DNA of 64,000 nt, from contig MU053934.1 of NCBI GenBank assembly GCA_013239625.1, positions 6,404,399-6,468,398 of the forward strand, in the 5' to 3' direction. Positions 36,301-52,350 of the stretch are shown here, one piece after another; position 1 is the first letter of the stretch, and each line of letters begins with the position of its first letter. A program made the position numbers and the translations under genes. The notes under the pieces were generated by a model that did not search any database, was not told where the DNA came from, and saw nothing but the letters and a program-made list of their open reading frames with translations. Source of the stretch: Lama guanicoe. Its lineage: Eukaryota.

Positions 36301-39300
36301 GACCTTTGCTCTTTAGGGATAATGCTGCTGTGGGGCCTCCCTCCCCATTCTCTCCCCAGTCTGCTCTGTGAAATGAGACTAAGTTTCTCAAGAGAGCTGA
36401 ACCCCTGGCTTCTGGGGGAATGGCCCCTTAGCAGGTGCAAATAATGGGGCCAGTACTGCATGTCACCACAGGAGCAGCAATTGGTATTATTGGCTACCCT
36501 ACAGATGAGGAAACTGAGGCACAGGTTGTTTGAATGACTGCCTTAGGTGACATCTTGATGGCGGCCCTGGTGGTTGAGCCCGGGTCTCTGATCCCTTCCT
36601 CTCGGCCGCGTGTCACGTTCTGGGGTCACCTGTATCCCTTACACGATTTCATCCATTCAGTGAATACTTAGTGCCTACTGTGTTCTAGGCTCTGGGAGGC
36701 AGCAGTGAACAAGATGGCAGGTTATGGCCATCAGCAAGTAGACAGTGGCCCGTCCTGCTCTCCTATGGGAGCTGTTGCCTTTGCCAGGCCTACTGGCTTT
36801 TGTGAAGCTGCCAGCACATCTCATCACTGGGAGGGGTCCGGGCCAGAGGCAGATCAGCCTCCAAGAGTTCACACAGCATCTGGTGAGGGGAGGAGGTTCA
36901 TAAACCAAGAGTCAGTGTTGGGGGAGCAGAGGGCCTGACCCCAGGACAGCCAGAGGAGGCTCAGAAGGGCAGGAAACAGAGCAGCCAGGACAGGAAAAGG
37001 CGGACCAGAGAGCCCAGCAGGTGGAACAAGTCTCAAGAGACAAGTGGAGAATAGTGAGAAAGGGTATTCCAAGCAAAGGCACCCATGTCAGCAGAGGCAG
37101 GGAATGGGGAAGGGAGAGGCGTGAGCTCAGGGCCTGGAACCTGAAGCAGGGTCAGAGGCAGACGGGAGACAGGGCCATGGCCAGGCTGGGAAGGGCCTGT
37201 GTGGCCATAACTGACCCTGCAGCTTGCCCTCCCCACTACTTTCCTCGTTTCCTACTCCAGCCACGCTGGCTCCTGGACATTCTCACGTGTGTCAGGCACT
37301 CCGGGCCTTTGCACGTGCTGCTGCTCTGCCCAGAACCCTCCTCCCTAGAAATCCACGTGCCCGTTCCCCCAGTTCCTGCAGGTCTCTGCTCGAGTGTCAC
37401 CTTTCCAGCGGACATCCTTGACCTTCCTTTATAAAATGCCACCCTCTTCCTTTGCATGAGTTTCCTCCATGGCACTTGCACTGCCTGGCATTATCTAGTC
37501 AGCGTCTAATGCATTTATTATCAGACTCCCTTCTTAGAAAGTGAATACTGTCAACATCCCTTGAACGAGGACAGTGCTGTAGGGGTGGGGAGCCCACCCC
37601 ACTCAGGGCTGGCATTTCAGATCTGGAGCTGGGGACCTGGAACCATTATGGCAGCATTTGGTTCAACAGATCCATGTGTCATGGCAATGTGGGGGTGACA
37701 TTCTGTCTAGGTGACACGCACTGCCTTACCTCCTTCTCACCCCCCAGGAGCCCCCTGGTGAAGGCCGTCTTCCACACCTGCAGAGCCATGCACGCCTCGC
37801 TCTCCGGGAAGGCGGATGGGCAGCAGAGTTCCTTCTGCCACTGTGAAAGGGCCAGTGGCCACCTGTGGAGCAGCCTCAATGTCAGTGGGGCCACCTGTGA
37901 CCCTGCCCTCAACCATGTGAGTGGGGGCTTATCTGTTCCCTCGGGGAGGTGCTTGGCTCTGCTGGGTAAGAGCGATCTGACCCGCCTTGAGCAGCCCTCT
38001 TCCCCAGGATGCGGCCTGTTGGTCCAGGTGGGCTCCCTTTCAGTATGTGGGGCAAGCATGTTTCTACCCAAGTCCCAGGTCCCACTGGCCCTCAGCTTGG
38101 TCAGCCCCAGGTGAACCTTAGCTGGCCAGGGCTCTGTATTTGCTCCAGGCAAGCTTGAACAACTCCCCAGGCCCCCGCGGGCAGCCTTGAAATGGGCCCT
38201 CGCCCCCTCGCGTGCGCATCCTGAGCCGACTGAGTGCCCTGGGCGCCCCCATGGCTGGCTGCACACCTCGAGCGGGCGGCTGTGGTGCATTGTAGTTGCA
38301 TTGCATGTTCTGGTGATACCCGTGCAATGTTTCCACAGTGCATCACAGAGGCCTGCCCGGCCCACGAGAGACTTCCACCTATGCCTTGTTAGGGGGCACT
38401 GCTGTCACTGTTGGGTCACAAGGCACGGCCATCGGGAGAGGGGAGGGGAAGAGTGCCTGCCGCTGAAAGCGAAGCATCGTCTTATCGCTGGCAGGAGGGT
38501 GGGTTCACTCCAGAAGGGGAGGCAGGAGGTTTATTCTTGAGGGTCAGACTCCCAGCCCTTCACCAGGTTTGGTCCCAAGTGGCCAGACTGGCATTTCTGG
38601 CTAGAGGTCATTGGTGTCCCCAGACCCTGGGGTGAACCCAGGCAGTACAGGCAGTGCGCCGACAGGGCCTGAGACCGAAGTTTCGTTGGGGAGCCACAGC
38701 ATGCTTTGGGCCTAACTCTATTGGTCTCCGGTGCTGCTTGTCTTCACGAGAGGACCACACTGTCTCAGCTGAGTGTGAGGAACGAGAGCGGCCACAGGCA
38801 CCCTGGGGACTGGGGTTCCTCTGTGTGGGAGAATGGGCCTAGCAGAAGGGACCCCACAGAGGCTGGCCGCCCTCAGGGCAGAATCCAGCCCCAGGCTGCT
38901 ACCTGACCTCTTGAAGGTGCCACCTTTATTTGAGGAGAGAGGCTTCATCCTCATCCATGTCCCCCTGAAGCTGTCAACAGCTAAAAAACCGTGGCCCAGG
39001 GCCAGGGCAACATGCAGTTCCAGGGCAGGTCTGGGGTGGGGTTTGGGGCAGCACTGGGACCTCCCCAGGCCCAGCACCCTGGAGAAGGGGAAAGCCAGAC
39101 TGGGCAAGAAGAGGAATGGCCTGGGGAGATCATGTGCCCCATCTCAAGAAGCACTTCACGCGCTCTTGGCTCCCTGGTGCTGGGGACCCTTGGGAGCCAG
39201 GCCAGCAGCGCAGCCCCGTGGGTACCGAGCCGCATCCGTGCCTCGTGGCGCCAGTGTGGACTGAGGCCAGTGCTTCTGAGGCCGGGCATGGTGCCTGCAC

Positions 39301-42300
39301 CCAGCACTCTCGTGTGACACGCACAGCAGCCCGGTGGTGCCCATTCTGTGGTTGAGGAAACAGGCTCAGAGGGATTTGGTCCTGTGTCAGGGTTGTGTAG
39401 CCAGTCGATGGGAAAACTGCGGCAGATGCAGGGCAATGGTTCTAAACCCAAGCATTCAGCAGCTCTGCCTTGGGCTCCTGTCTCCCCCACCCCAGGGGCC
39501 ACTTGGGCCGGGCCTCAGCTGCCCTCTGTTAAGGCCAGCCTCCCTCCCCACTCCTCCATCTCTGGGCTATGCTGCTACCTCAGGCTTTTCGGTTCCACTG
39601 GAAGGACAGGGCCATGGCACCTTTTGAGCATCTCAGCCCCAGGGCAGCCCTGGGGGTCTCCCGTGAGGTGGGAGGAACCTGCACCTTCCTGTCAGACCCA
39701 TGAGGGTTTTATTCCTGCCACTTGTGTCCCCTACATGAGCTGCTGCCCCTCTCTGAGCCTGGGCTTCCTCGCCCACCAAATGGGAGAACAGATCTCCCGC
39801 CTGGGGCTGTGGAAGGGACTAGAGGCCATGAGCTGGAGTTTGCTTTTCAGCTGTTCTTTTGCTTCCTGTGGGGTGCTTTCCAGGCCATGCCGCTTGGGGC
39901 TCCCCCCTTTCCTCCCAGGACTGCCAGGTGTCGAGCCGGGGAGGGCCTGGTAAGGCTGGGATCCCTGCCCCAGTGATCAGTTGGTCACCTGCCTCCTCCC
40001 TCGTGGCTCACCCCACAGGTGGTCCAGCTGCTGACCTGTGACCTGCTGCTGTCGCTGCGGACAGCACTCTGGCAAAAGCAGGCAGGGGCCAGCCAGGCCC
40101 TGGGCGAGACCTACCACGCATCAGGTGCTGAGCTGGCCGGCTTCCAGCGGGACCTGGGCAGCCTGCGCAGGCTGGCCCACAGCTTCCGCCCAGCCTACCG
40201 CAAGGTGAGGCAGATCGGGGCCCCAGAACCCGGCAGGGCACCCACATGGGGTCGTGGAGTCGGCCCTCTGAGGTCAACTAACCTGTCAAGCACTGGGCCT
40301 GGTGCCTCAGATCCCTTTGTTTGGCTCATGCTGGTTAAGTACTTGCTGTGTGCCTGGCCCTGGTGCGGGTGCTGAGCAGGCCACACAGAGGCCAGCACGG
40401 TTGCGCCTCACCAGTCACACAGGAACGGGGGTGCTCCTGGCCCGGGGTGGAGAGGGGCAGGAACACACGCAGGAGCTCTCCTCTGGCTTTCACAATTGGC
40501 CTCAGAGCGACTCCCTAGAACTGCATTTAGTTCTCTTTCTGAGCCACTGTGGGCTTTGGTTGTGCTGCGTGACTCTCCACGGGACACCCCCAGCGGTGGC
40601 CACAGGATCTGAGCTGAGGCTCTGAGGGCAGGTGAATAACTGGGCTGACTGGACTCAAATCATTTCATTGTTTGTTTTATTTTTATTGCTAATTAGAGTA
40701 TATACTCAACATATTTCCACCAAATTATTTTCCAAAAATTCAAGTGAGAAGGCTAGAAGTGTTAGGAGCGAAGGGCCATGTTTGGAAGGGTGCAAAACAG
40801 GAGAACTCGGGTGAGGCTGCCCCCACCCTAGGGTGCTGTGGGACCCCTACAGGGTTACACTGTGGCCTGTGTGTGCAACAAGCCGGGACAGACCCAGCGG
40901 ACAAAATAGAATCACGTGAGAACCACCGCTTGCTTACCAGGGGAAAGAGGAAGCAGGCCCCAGGCTCGGGCCCGCTAGTCTGCTGCGGACGCAGCCTCCT
41001 CCGGAAACATTTCCGTCTGCCTCTCCCCTGCTGCTACCCCTTCACTGCCTCCCCTGTTGCCTTCCAGGGTGGCACTCAAGACCCTCCTCACACACTGAGA
41101 TGTTATGATATAAAGGAACCTTGAGATTTTAAGAAATTAGAGACCTCAGCCTGGCCCTCCCATCCCCAGTGACTCATGTACAGCAGAGCTGTAGACTTTC
41201 ACCTGGGAACCTGGACTCTTCCTTTCTGAAGAAACAGAAGGAAATAGGACCCTGCACCTCCGTTGTGCCAGCCCAGCTGTCCTCTCCTGTCCCCGCATCA
41301 CCTCTGTCCTATTTTCACACCCAGGCTACTTGTCTTCTAACCCCAGAGGGCGCGTCGGTCACCCGCAGAGGAAGCAGCCCTTAGCCTCTTTCTCAGCTTG
41401 CTGTCTCCCTCCTGCCCCACCAGCTGGCCTGTGCTGTGTTCCCCATTCGTGCCCGGCTTGCGTCGGGGTTCAGAGTGAGGACAACAGAGGTTGCTTTTAG
41501 GGCAAGTAGGTGTGGTGGGAGGAGAAAGGGTGTCGTTGGGTAGCACACGAGATGCTACAGGGAGAGGTACCGATGGGCACAGATGGGTCAGGACCCAGGG
41601 CTCAATCATGTGTCCCCCCAGGTGTTCCTGCATGAAGCCACTGTGCGCCTGATGGCAGGAGCCAGCCCCACCCGCACCCACCAGCTGCTGGAGCACAGCC
41701 TGCGAAGGCGCACGGCTCCGAACACCAAGCACGGTGAGCCCGCCAGCACCCAGCTGCGGCACCCTGCTTGGAGGCCTGGGTGGGCCCTGCCTGGGGAGGG
41801 GTCAGAGGAGGAGGAAAGGAGGGGAGAAGCCCAGCCCAGCACTTATTTGACATCTGCAGTGTTCTCAGAAGTGGTGTGAGAATGAAAGCAACCTAGGCTT
41901 GATTTTGTGGGTTGCTGGGGGCGGGGGGAGCTGTGGGGCGGGGGTGGTGTTGCTTGGGTTGTGGTGGGTCCCACCTCAGAGTGGGGAGGGGAGGGTGGGG
42001 ATGTCGCAGTGCTGGAGTCTGAAGGAACCAGGGGCCCCGGAGCCCCACTGCATGGATTGCGTCTCAGCCCCACCACAGAGCAATAGCCGTGTGGTGCCCG
42101 CCAGGTCCAAAGCGGCTCGGCTGTGAACAGGGAGAGCACCAGAACCTCCCTCAAGTGGGTATGAGGATTAAGTAAGTTCCCACCGAGCCTGGGAACAGCG
42201 CCTGCATCATCGCGAGCGCTCAGCGAGTAGTTCCTACATATGTCTCTTTGCTCCCACAGGAGAGGTGGACGCCTGGCCCGGCCAGCGAGAGCGAGCCACC

Positions 42301-42480
42301 GCCATCCTGCTGGCCTGCCGCCACCTTCCCCTCTCCTTCCTCTCCTCCCCGGGCCAGCGGGCAGTGCTGCTGGCCGAGGCCGCCCGCACGCTGGAGAAGG
42401 TGGGCGACCGACGTTCGTGCAACGACTGCCAGCAGATGATTGTCAAGCTGGGCGGTGGCACTGCCATCGCCGCCTCCTGA
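11884..42480 (+). CDS. SREBF2: Sterol regulatory element-binding protein 2, 5'-partial spliced CDS (exons 2-19; exon 1 outside window): join(11884-12345,13373-13554,14242-14388,15816-16037,16931-17045,17241-17422,21120-21312,21817-21998,24162-24438,27082-27251,31513-31681,33009-33126,33951-34060,35201-35333,37748-37916,40019-40204,41622-41733,42260-42480)
   Basis: 18 exons, each bounded by AG/GT, total 3350 nt in one continuous frame. Translation runs from [17 protein letters not shown] through the bHLH-Zip ([20 protein letters not shown], with the SREBP-specific Tyr), two TM helices and the C-terminus [11 protein letters not shown]. Confidence 0.98.
13373..13554 (+). CDS. SREBF2: SREBF2 exon 3 (Gln-rich)
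   Basis: ctcccaag|TCCTTCAG ... GTCCCG|gtaggt; [14 protein letters not shown]...QVQQVP. Confidence 0.95.
14242..14388 (+). CDS. SREBF2: SREBF2 exon 4
   Basis: atccag|GTCCTG ... GTACCG|gtagga; [19 protein letters not shown]...LQVP. Confidence 0.95.
14825..15185 (+). mobile_element. Old L1M 3' fragment in SREBF2 intron 4
   Basis: gcattgttcattaaagccaagaactggaaacaacccaaatatccatc ... tcaagccgtacacttaaaacatgtgc. Confidence 0.65.
15816..16037 (+). CDS. SREBF2: SREBF2 exon 5 (basic region and helix 1)
   Basis: ttctag|ACCCTG ... GCCAAG|gtaggc; contains [30 protein letters not shown]. Confidence 0.97.
16660..16875 (-). mobile_element. MIR SINE
   Basis: ctaagctctttacacattaaccctca...attatccctgtttca...cagagatgttcagtgactt...tctgaacccag. 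Confidence 0.6.
16931..17045 (+). CDS. SREBF2: SREBF2 exon 6 (helix 2 and leucine zipper)
   Basis: tcccag|ATGCAC ... AAACA|gtgagt; [38 protein letters not shown]. Confidence 0.97.
17241..17422 (+). CDS. SREBF2: SREBF2 exon 7 (includes SPPAS phosphodegron region)
   Basis: ttacag|AACTCC ... GCGAAG|gtaagg; [12 protein letters not shown]...[33 protein letters not shown]. Confidence 0.96.
18516..20697 (+). mobile_element. 5'-truncated LINE-1 (about 2.2 kb, broken ORF2 RT/C-terminus and 3'UTR), sense in SREBF2 intron 7; nested in an older antisense L1M fragment
   Basis: ORF2 remnants [19 protein letters not shown]...PDFKL and [17 protein letters not shown]-tail at about 20691; possible degenerate TSD aagatagagaa / atgatatagaa. 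Confidence 0.92.
21120..21312 (+). CDS. SREBF2: SREBF2 exon 8 (DRSR, TM1 with NP motif, luminal loop with S1P site)
   Basis: ttgaag|GTCAAA ... GAGTCAG|gtaggt; [35 protein letters not shown]...RSMLSLES. Confidence 0.96.
21817..21998 (+). CDS. SREBF2: SREBF2 exon 9 (TM2)
   Basis: ccctag|GTTCTG ... GCCAGG|gtgggt; [35 protein letters not shown]. Confidence 0.96.
23640..23810. mobile_element. MER5A-like hAT-Charlie element
   Basis: atcacctggaggg...ttctgattcagtagg...agaatttgcatttctaacaagctcccagg...cacactttgagaa. Confidence 0.75.
24162..24438 (+). CDS. SREBF2: SREBF2 exon 10
   Basis: tgccag|GGGGAT ... ATCACAG|gtgagg; [14 protein letters not shown]...[10 protein letters not shown]. Confidence 0.96.
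24615..24786. mobile_element. MER104-like DNA transposon
   Basis: catcaatttaagacatacattttttcatgttaacatctctg ... atggcatcttagattcaatgaaatatg, with degenerate terminal inverted repeats; family name from memory. Confidence 0.6.
27082..27251 (+). CDS. SREBF2: SREBF2 exon 11
   Basis: ccacag|GCAAGC ... CTGGCG|gtgagt; [23 protein letters not shown]...LGFLA. Confidence 0.95.
28400..29090 (-). mobile_element. Two nested old L1M 3'-end fragments
   Basis: Repeated L1 3' signatures (acagcttgatgaattttcacaaagtgaac...accacccagatc; tttattgaagcacaatatacatgtagaaaagtaca...cagatcaagaa). Confidence 0.6.
29631..29757 (+). mobile_element. tRNA-Ala-derived SINE (Vic-1-like)
   Basis: GGGGAAGGGTATAGCTCAGTGGTAGAG (A box)...GGTTCAATCCCCAGTACCTCC (B box), then non-tRNA tail aaataaatttacctaatcacctcccc and an A-run. 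Confidence 0.85.
31513..31681 (+). CDS. SREBF2: SREBF2 exon 12
   Basis: ccacag|AGCTAC ... AACCCAG|gtgagg; [14 protein letters not shown]...[18 protein letters not shown]. Confidence 0.95.
33009..33126 (+). CDS. SREBF2: SREBF2 exon 13
   Basis: cttcag|CGGACC ... AGCTG|gtaacg; [38 protein letters not shown]. Confidence 0.94.
33951..34060 (+). CDS. SREBF2: SREBF2 exon 14
   Basis: ttctag|TGAATT ... GCGCTTG|gtaagc; [20 protein letters not shown]...VLKSAL. Confidence 0.94.
35201..35333 (+). CDS. SREBF2: SREBF2 exon 15
   Basis: ctctag|GCCCAG ... GACAGA|gtgcgt; [23 protein letters not shown]. Confidence 0.94.
37250..37545 (+). mobile_element. L2 fragment
   Basis: ctactccagccacgctggc...gggcctttgcacgtgctgctgctctgcccagaac...tctctgctcgagtgtcacct. 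Confidence 0.6.
37748..37916 (+). CDS. SREBF2: SREBF2 exon 16
   Basis: ccccag|GAGCCC ... AACCAT|gtgagt; [18 protein letters not shown]...[15 protein letters not shown]. Confidence 0.95.
38280..38348 (+). ncRNA. MIR33A: microRNA-33a precursor hairpin in SREBF2 intron 16 (5p 38285-38305; 3p 38325-38346)
   Basis: Mature GTGCATTGTAGTTGCATTGCA and star CAATGTTTCCACAGTGCATCAC form a stem-loop; position in intron 16 of SREBF2 is the established MIR33A location. Confidence 0.97.
40019..40204 (+). CDS. SREBF2: SREBF2 exon 17
   Basis: ccacag|GTGGTC ... CGCAAG|gtgagg; [21 protein letters not shown]...RPAYRK. Confidence 0.96.
41622..41733 (+). CDS. SREBF2: SREBF2 exon 18
   Basis: ccccag|GTGTTC ... AAGCACG|gtgagc; [30 protein letters not shown]. 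Confidence 0.96.
42260..42480 (+). CDS. SREBF2: SREBF2 exon 19 coding part (stop TGA 42478-42480)
   Basis: ccacag|GAGAGG ... [81 protein letters not shown]. Confidence 0.97.
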
Positions 42481-43185
42481 CCACCCAGGCCCGCCACCTC
42501 CCTCTGCCTCTCTGTGTCTCTCCCTCCTCCCTCTGTCTCTCGGTCTCTCTCCCTCCTCCCTCTGGGAGCTATGAGATGAGCCTTGTCTTCTGAGCTGTCG
42601 CCTGCCGAGGTTTTTGGACCACCTCAGGCTAGTGGGCCCCTGGAAAGAGCCTCTTAAAGCTGCTGTGGGCAGATGCCCACATTCAGGGCCCAGTGGGCCT
42701 GAGGAAAGACAGGGCAGGGCAAGAATTGGGGGTGCCCTGACTTAAAGCAGCAGGGGGAGCTCCCAAGCTGCTCAGCTCCACCTCCAGCCCTCCCAAGATG
42801 CTCTCTCCTCTGAACTCCTCTCCCCCCTTTCCTGCTTCCTTGTTTTTTATCAGGCTTTCCCTCTGGGGGACATAGGTCTCTGGGCACCGGAGTGCTTCGC
42901 TCTTGGCACTGTGCCCAGCATGCCCCCCTTTTTATACGAATGTTTTTATATCAGTGTGCTTGGGGTTGCCGTGGTGCAGGGCTAAGCTGCTGTGGCATCT
43001 TTATTTCTCTCCGTGAGTCTCTGTCCCCCTCCCTGTGCCTGACAAAGCCAGTTCATTGTTTTCTCTTTATTACACAGGACAGCCAGGGAAGGAGGGAGCC
43101 CAGCCCTGGGGAGGCGGGTGGGTGGCAGGGGGCAGGCCTGGGGATAGATGAAATAATGTCGGCATTATTTTTTAATTTTTTAAAA

Positions 43186-43191
43186 AATAAA
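43186..43191 (+). terminator. Proximal polyadenylation signal of SREBF2
   Basis: AATAAA preceded by a U-rich tract (ttatttttttaattttt) and followed by U/GU-rich ttgtcctgttctt, about 700 nt after the stop. Confidence 0.7.
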
Positions 43192-43973
43192 CGGTATCTT
43201 ATTTAATTGTCCTGTTCTTCCCACTCCCCCGCCCCCTGGGATGTCAGCCCAAGCTCGGGGTAGGCCCAGGGGGCTGAGAGAGATGAACCCACGCATTGGG
43301 ACTGGGGACCAGGGGCCTTCAGTATGGGTCCTCAACCCCCTCCCACCCCAACTCCTACCTCCATAGTCCGTTTTTACCCATAATTCTTGACCTGAAAATA
43401 AGCCAGGGTGGCAGGGACCAGCCCCCAACCCCTCCCCAAGGACAAGTCCCTTTTGGTGGTGGGCACAATATTGCCCAAGTTTGGCACTAGGAATGAAGCC
43501 CCCGGCCTAGAAGAGGGTCCTGGGAAGCAAAGTGTCCCACTTTTCTGGGTCCCCTGGCTTGGTGCCTCCCCAAGGCCATTTCTCCTGGGGCATGAGGACT
43601 GCCTGAGCCCCGGAGCCTGCTGAGAGGCTAAGAGGGGCTGTCTTCCCTCCCTCCCTGTGCTTCTCAGCCCCTCAGGCTGCTTGGGATAGGAAGTGGGCCA
43701 GGGCCCCAGCACAGACTGGGGGTCCACACAACAGGGGCTCCCCTGATGCCAAGTGCAAGCTGGAACAGTTGGCTTGGCCCTCCCCCCACAACTGTCATTT
43801 ATGGCCCTTGCCCGCTGGGCGAGCCAGCCTTTGTGTCATGTGTACATACTGTGCCTTTTCTCCTTATTGTTTAGGGGTGGGAGGGTTTTGTTTTGTTTTT
43901 CTCACTAAAAAGGGGGATACACCTGTGGCTTCCTTGATGTGGAATCATTCACTGTCCTGGATGTAGGTTATTC

Positions 43974-43979
43974 AATAAA
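43974..43979 (+). terminator. Distal polyadenylation signal of SREBF2
   Basis: AATAAA with upstream TGTA motifs (about 43841 and 43962) and downstream GU-rich gtgaggtgtgtgcgggtctgtgg. Confidence 0.7.
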
Positions 43980-45544
43980 CACAGATTGGTACCACCCAGC
44001 GTGAGGTGTGTGCGGGTCTGTGGCGTGACCGCTGTGGTGACTAGCCAGGTGGCTGCATGCCTTGGCCTCCAGGGGGTCAGGGACTGAGGACAGCTCCTCC
44101 CTCTGCTGAGAGGCCCCTGGGAGGCTTCACTCCGCTGGACCCTCCTTGCCTGCCCACACACCTGGTTCCTTCCTTCCAATGCCGGCTGTTTGGCTAACAC
44201 TCCAGGGCTGGGGTGGGCCTAGGATGAAGGGGGTGCTGGTGGTGTTGCTGGGGTCAGAGGTCACTGTAGGCAGGACACAGAGCTGACTGCTGAGCAGACA
44301 GCAGCAGTTCTTTGGGGTTTGGGATGCTAAGCCCTTCTGTGTTCACCCTTTAGAGAGAGACCTCTCCCCTACTGGGAGGGCCACACCTTGGTTTCCCCAT
44401 CTCCCTGGAGGCATTGAAACTGAGAATGTGGCCTGCAAGTCACATCCAAGTCCAGCTCCTGTACTTCCCAGCTGGGCCCCGTAGGGGATAGGGAGAGGGC
44501 AGCCCCTCAGCCTCCACTTCCTTGTGTGCAGAATGGGGCTGACAGCCCCTGCCTTTGACCAAGTCCCTGTAGGCCTGTTGGCCAGTTTGAATGATACAAC
44601 ATGCATAAAATGCCAGTTTATGGTGAGGGCCTTGTGAGGCTAGTGAGGAACCAGACCACCAGGAGTGCTGGGATGGGAGAATGCTGGACCCTGTGGGGAG
44701 GTGGGGTCAGGAGTGCCACATAGGGATGAGCCTGGCGGCTGAAGTGCATGTGGTCCGTGATCTGGCGGGGCTGAGAAATGGGCCAAGTACCCTCAGCTCT
44801 CTGAGCCACCACTCCCTTCTCTGAAGGGCATTCACAGCAGGCTACACTGTCCCAAGGCCGGAGCAGCCCGGGGGGAGGTGGGGGTTGCAGCTGTAGCTGG
44901 TCCCTGTCCACTTATTACAGCAGCATTCCCAGTGGAGGCCATACCTGTGGCCTCAGCCTGGCCCCCTGGGATGGAGATCCAGGGCCCCTGGGACTCAGAA
45001 TGAGCAAAGAGGCCACGTCTACCTCCCAGCACAGCCCACCCAGGGCCTCTGTCACCGGGGTGGGTGGCTGTGGGTGGCTGATGTGTGCCCAGGAACCCAA
45101 TCCTTTTGTGAGTCTCTGCAGGATCCATGACTCAGCACCCACCCTCCTCCCCCAGCTCTGTACAGCTGCAGGATAGTCCCAGGGGCACCCACCCCCATCC
45201 TGGGTTGAAGGTGTGAGGGCCTTCTCCACTGGAAGCCATGGGGGTCCTCACTGCAGGCATGGCCGTGAGCTCTGGGCTATGTTCTGTCCTGGGGTTTCTG
45301 GGCCTTGGTTTCCTCAATAGCCATAAGAAACAGCAAGGTGGACCCTCATACCAGTGAAGAGCTGGTGGGTTTGGGGGCCCTCAGGGCAGCCCACCCAGCA
45401 GGAGGGCAGTCAGACTGCCTGTGCCCTGGGAAGCAGGGGCCCCTCCCTGCCAACAGACATGTTCATAACCTTCCCTCCTCCCCGAGACTGCCCGTGGCTG
45501 CCATTTCACCACCAGATTCACTGTGGCAGTGGAATACGGAAGAG

Positions 45545-45690
45545 TCCTAAATTGGAGTCAGCTGGGTGACCTTGGCAAGATACTTAGGGCTCAAGACCTC
45601 AGTTTTCTCATCTGTAAAGCCACACACCCATGGGACTTCAGTGAGGATTAAGTGGAAGAAATAGCAGCAAATGGTGGCCACTGTTATTAA
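45545..45690 (+). mobile_element. MIR SINE
   Basis: gctgggtgaccttggcaagatactta...cctcagttttctcatctgtaaa...gtgaggattaagtg. Confidence 0.7.
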
Positions 45691-46497
45691 AACAGTATAC
45701 ATACCGTGCCTAGGTTTCACAGGAGGGAAATAGGCCCAACTGGGTGGCTTTGTTGAGGTCACACGATGAGGGCATAACCCAGCCCTCGACCTCCCCATCA
45801 GTGTCTGGTGCAGAGAAACTTGAGGCACGTAGGCTGTTGGCAATGCCCTGGGCCACAGCCAGGTGCTAGGAGCCTGCCTGGCAGAAAGGAGAGCTGGCAA
45901 TGCCAAGCATTTGTGGGGTGAGCACCCCAATGGGGGCACTGCCAAGGCTCTGGGTCCAGCATCCCTATACTCATTTCCCCTAGAGTAGCTACTGGGAGGA
46001 GGCTCCCCCATCCCGAGCACCAGCTGTCCATCCGGCCCACTGCCCACATCCATCAGGAGGGTGGCCCTGGGCCAAGCTAGCCAAGTGGCCTGCAGGCCAG
46101 GGGCCGGCCCAGGGCCAGACAGTGTCAGGATCAGACAGGCTCAGCCACCTCAAGCTGGAGAGTGGGTGACCGGCTAGAGGGGCTCAGCACTGGTAAGGGA
46201 CATGGACCCTCAGGGACCCAGCAGCCCTCTCTCCTGTACTTAATTAGCCTCAAGATGGCTGGGGCCTAACTGCCCTCTCTCCCATGGCTCCTACTGGTGT
46301 GGACATTAAGCCTGGCATTCAGCCCTGACCACCCTCTCCAGCCGCTTCTCCCTGGCTCCCAGAACACTTGCCCGCCAGCTTTGGGGAGCAGTCCTCTGCT
46401 CTTGCACACGCTGTGCCCTCTGCTGGTACTGCCGTCTGTCTAGTCAATGACCAAAGCCTCCTTTCATCAGCGCCTTTCAGAGCCACGCTGGGGCTCC

Positions 46498-46536
46498 TTT
46501 ATTCTCAGGGATGGGAGCCACGGATAAGGGTTTATT
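46498..46536 (-). terminator. Candidate SHISA8 polyadenylation signals (two AATAAA)
   Basis: TTTATT on the + strand at 46531-46536 and 46498-46503, about 230-270 nt after the SHISA8 stop. Confidence 0.65.
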
Positions 46537-46768
46537 TACGCAAGGAAACCGGGCCCTAGAGCCCCCAGGACAGAACCGCAGGCCTTACCGGGTAGGCCTC
46601 TTCTTAGCCCTGCTGGCTCCCAGTCCAGTTTGGGCAGGCAGAAGGGCTGGCCTCCCACGGCACCCCTCCTTTCGGTGGCCTGGGCCCCCACACCAATCGC
46701 TGGCAAACCCCAGGGGGAAACAGGGCTTCCCGCAATGCAATGTCTCTGGAGAACCAGCGGCCCTGTCC

Positions 46769-52350
<5,582 letters not shown>

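Noticed and set aside
42478..42490. Stop-codon readthrough at SREBF2 TGA-C
   Set aside because: Context is TGA CCA, not the TGA CTAG motif; no further support.
46733..46748. miR-33a-5p seed match CAATGCAA near the SHISA8 stop
   Set aside because: It is on the + strand, antisense to SHISA8 mRNA and beyond the SREBF2 polyA sites; the possible 3p match on the SHISA8 strand needs a G:U wobble in the seed.
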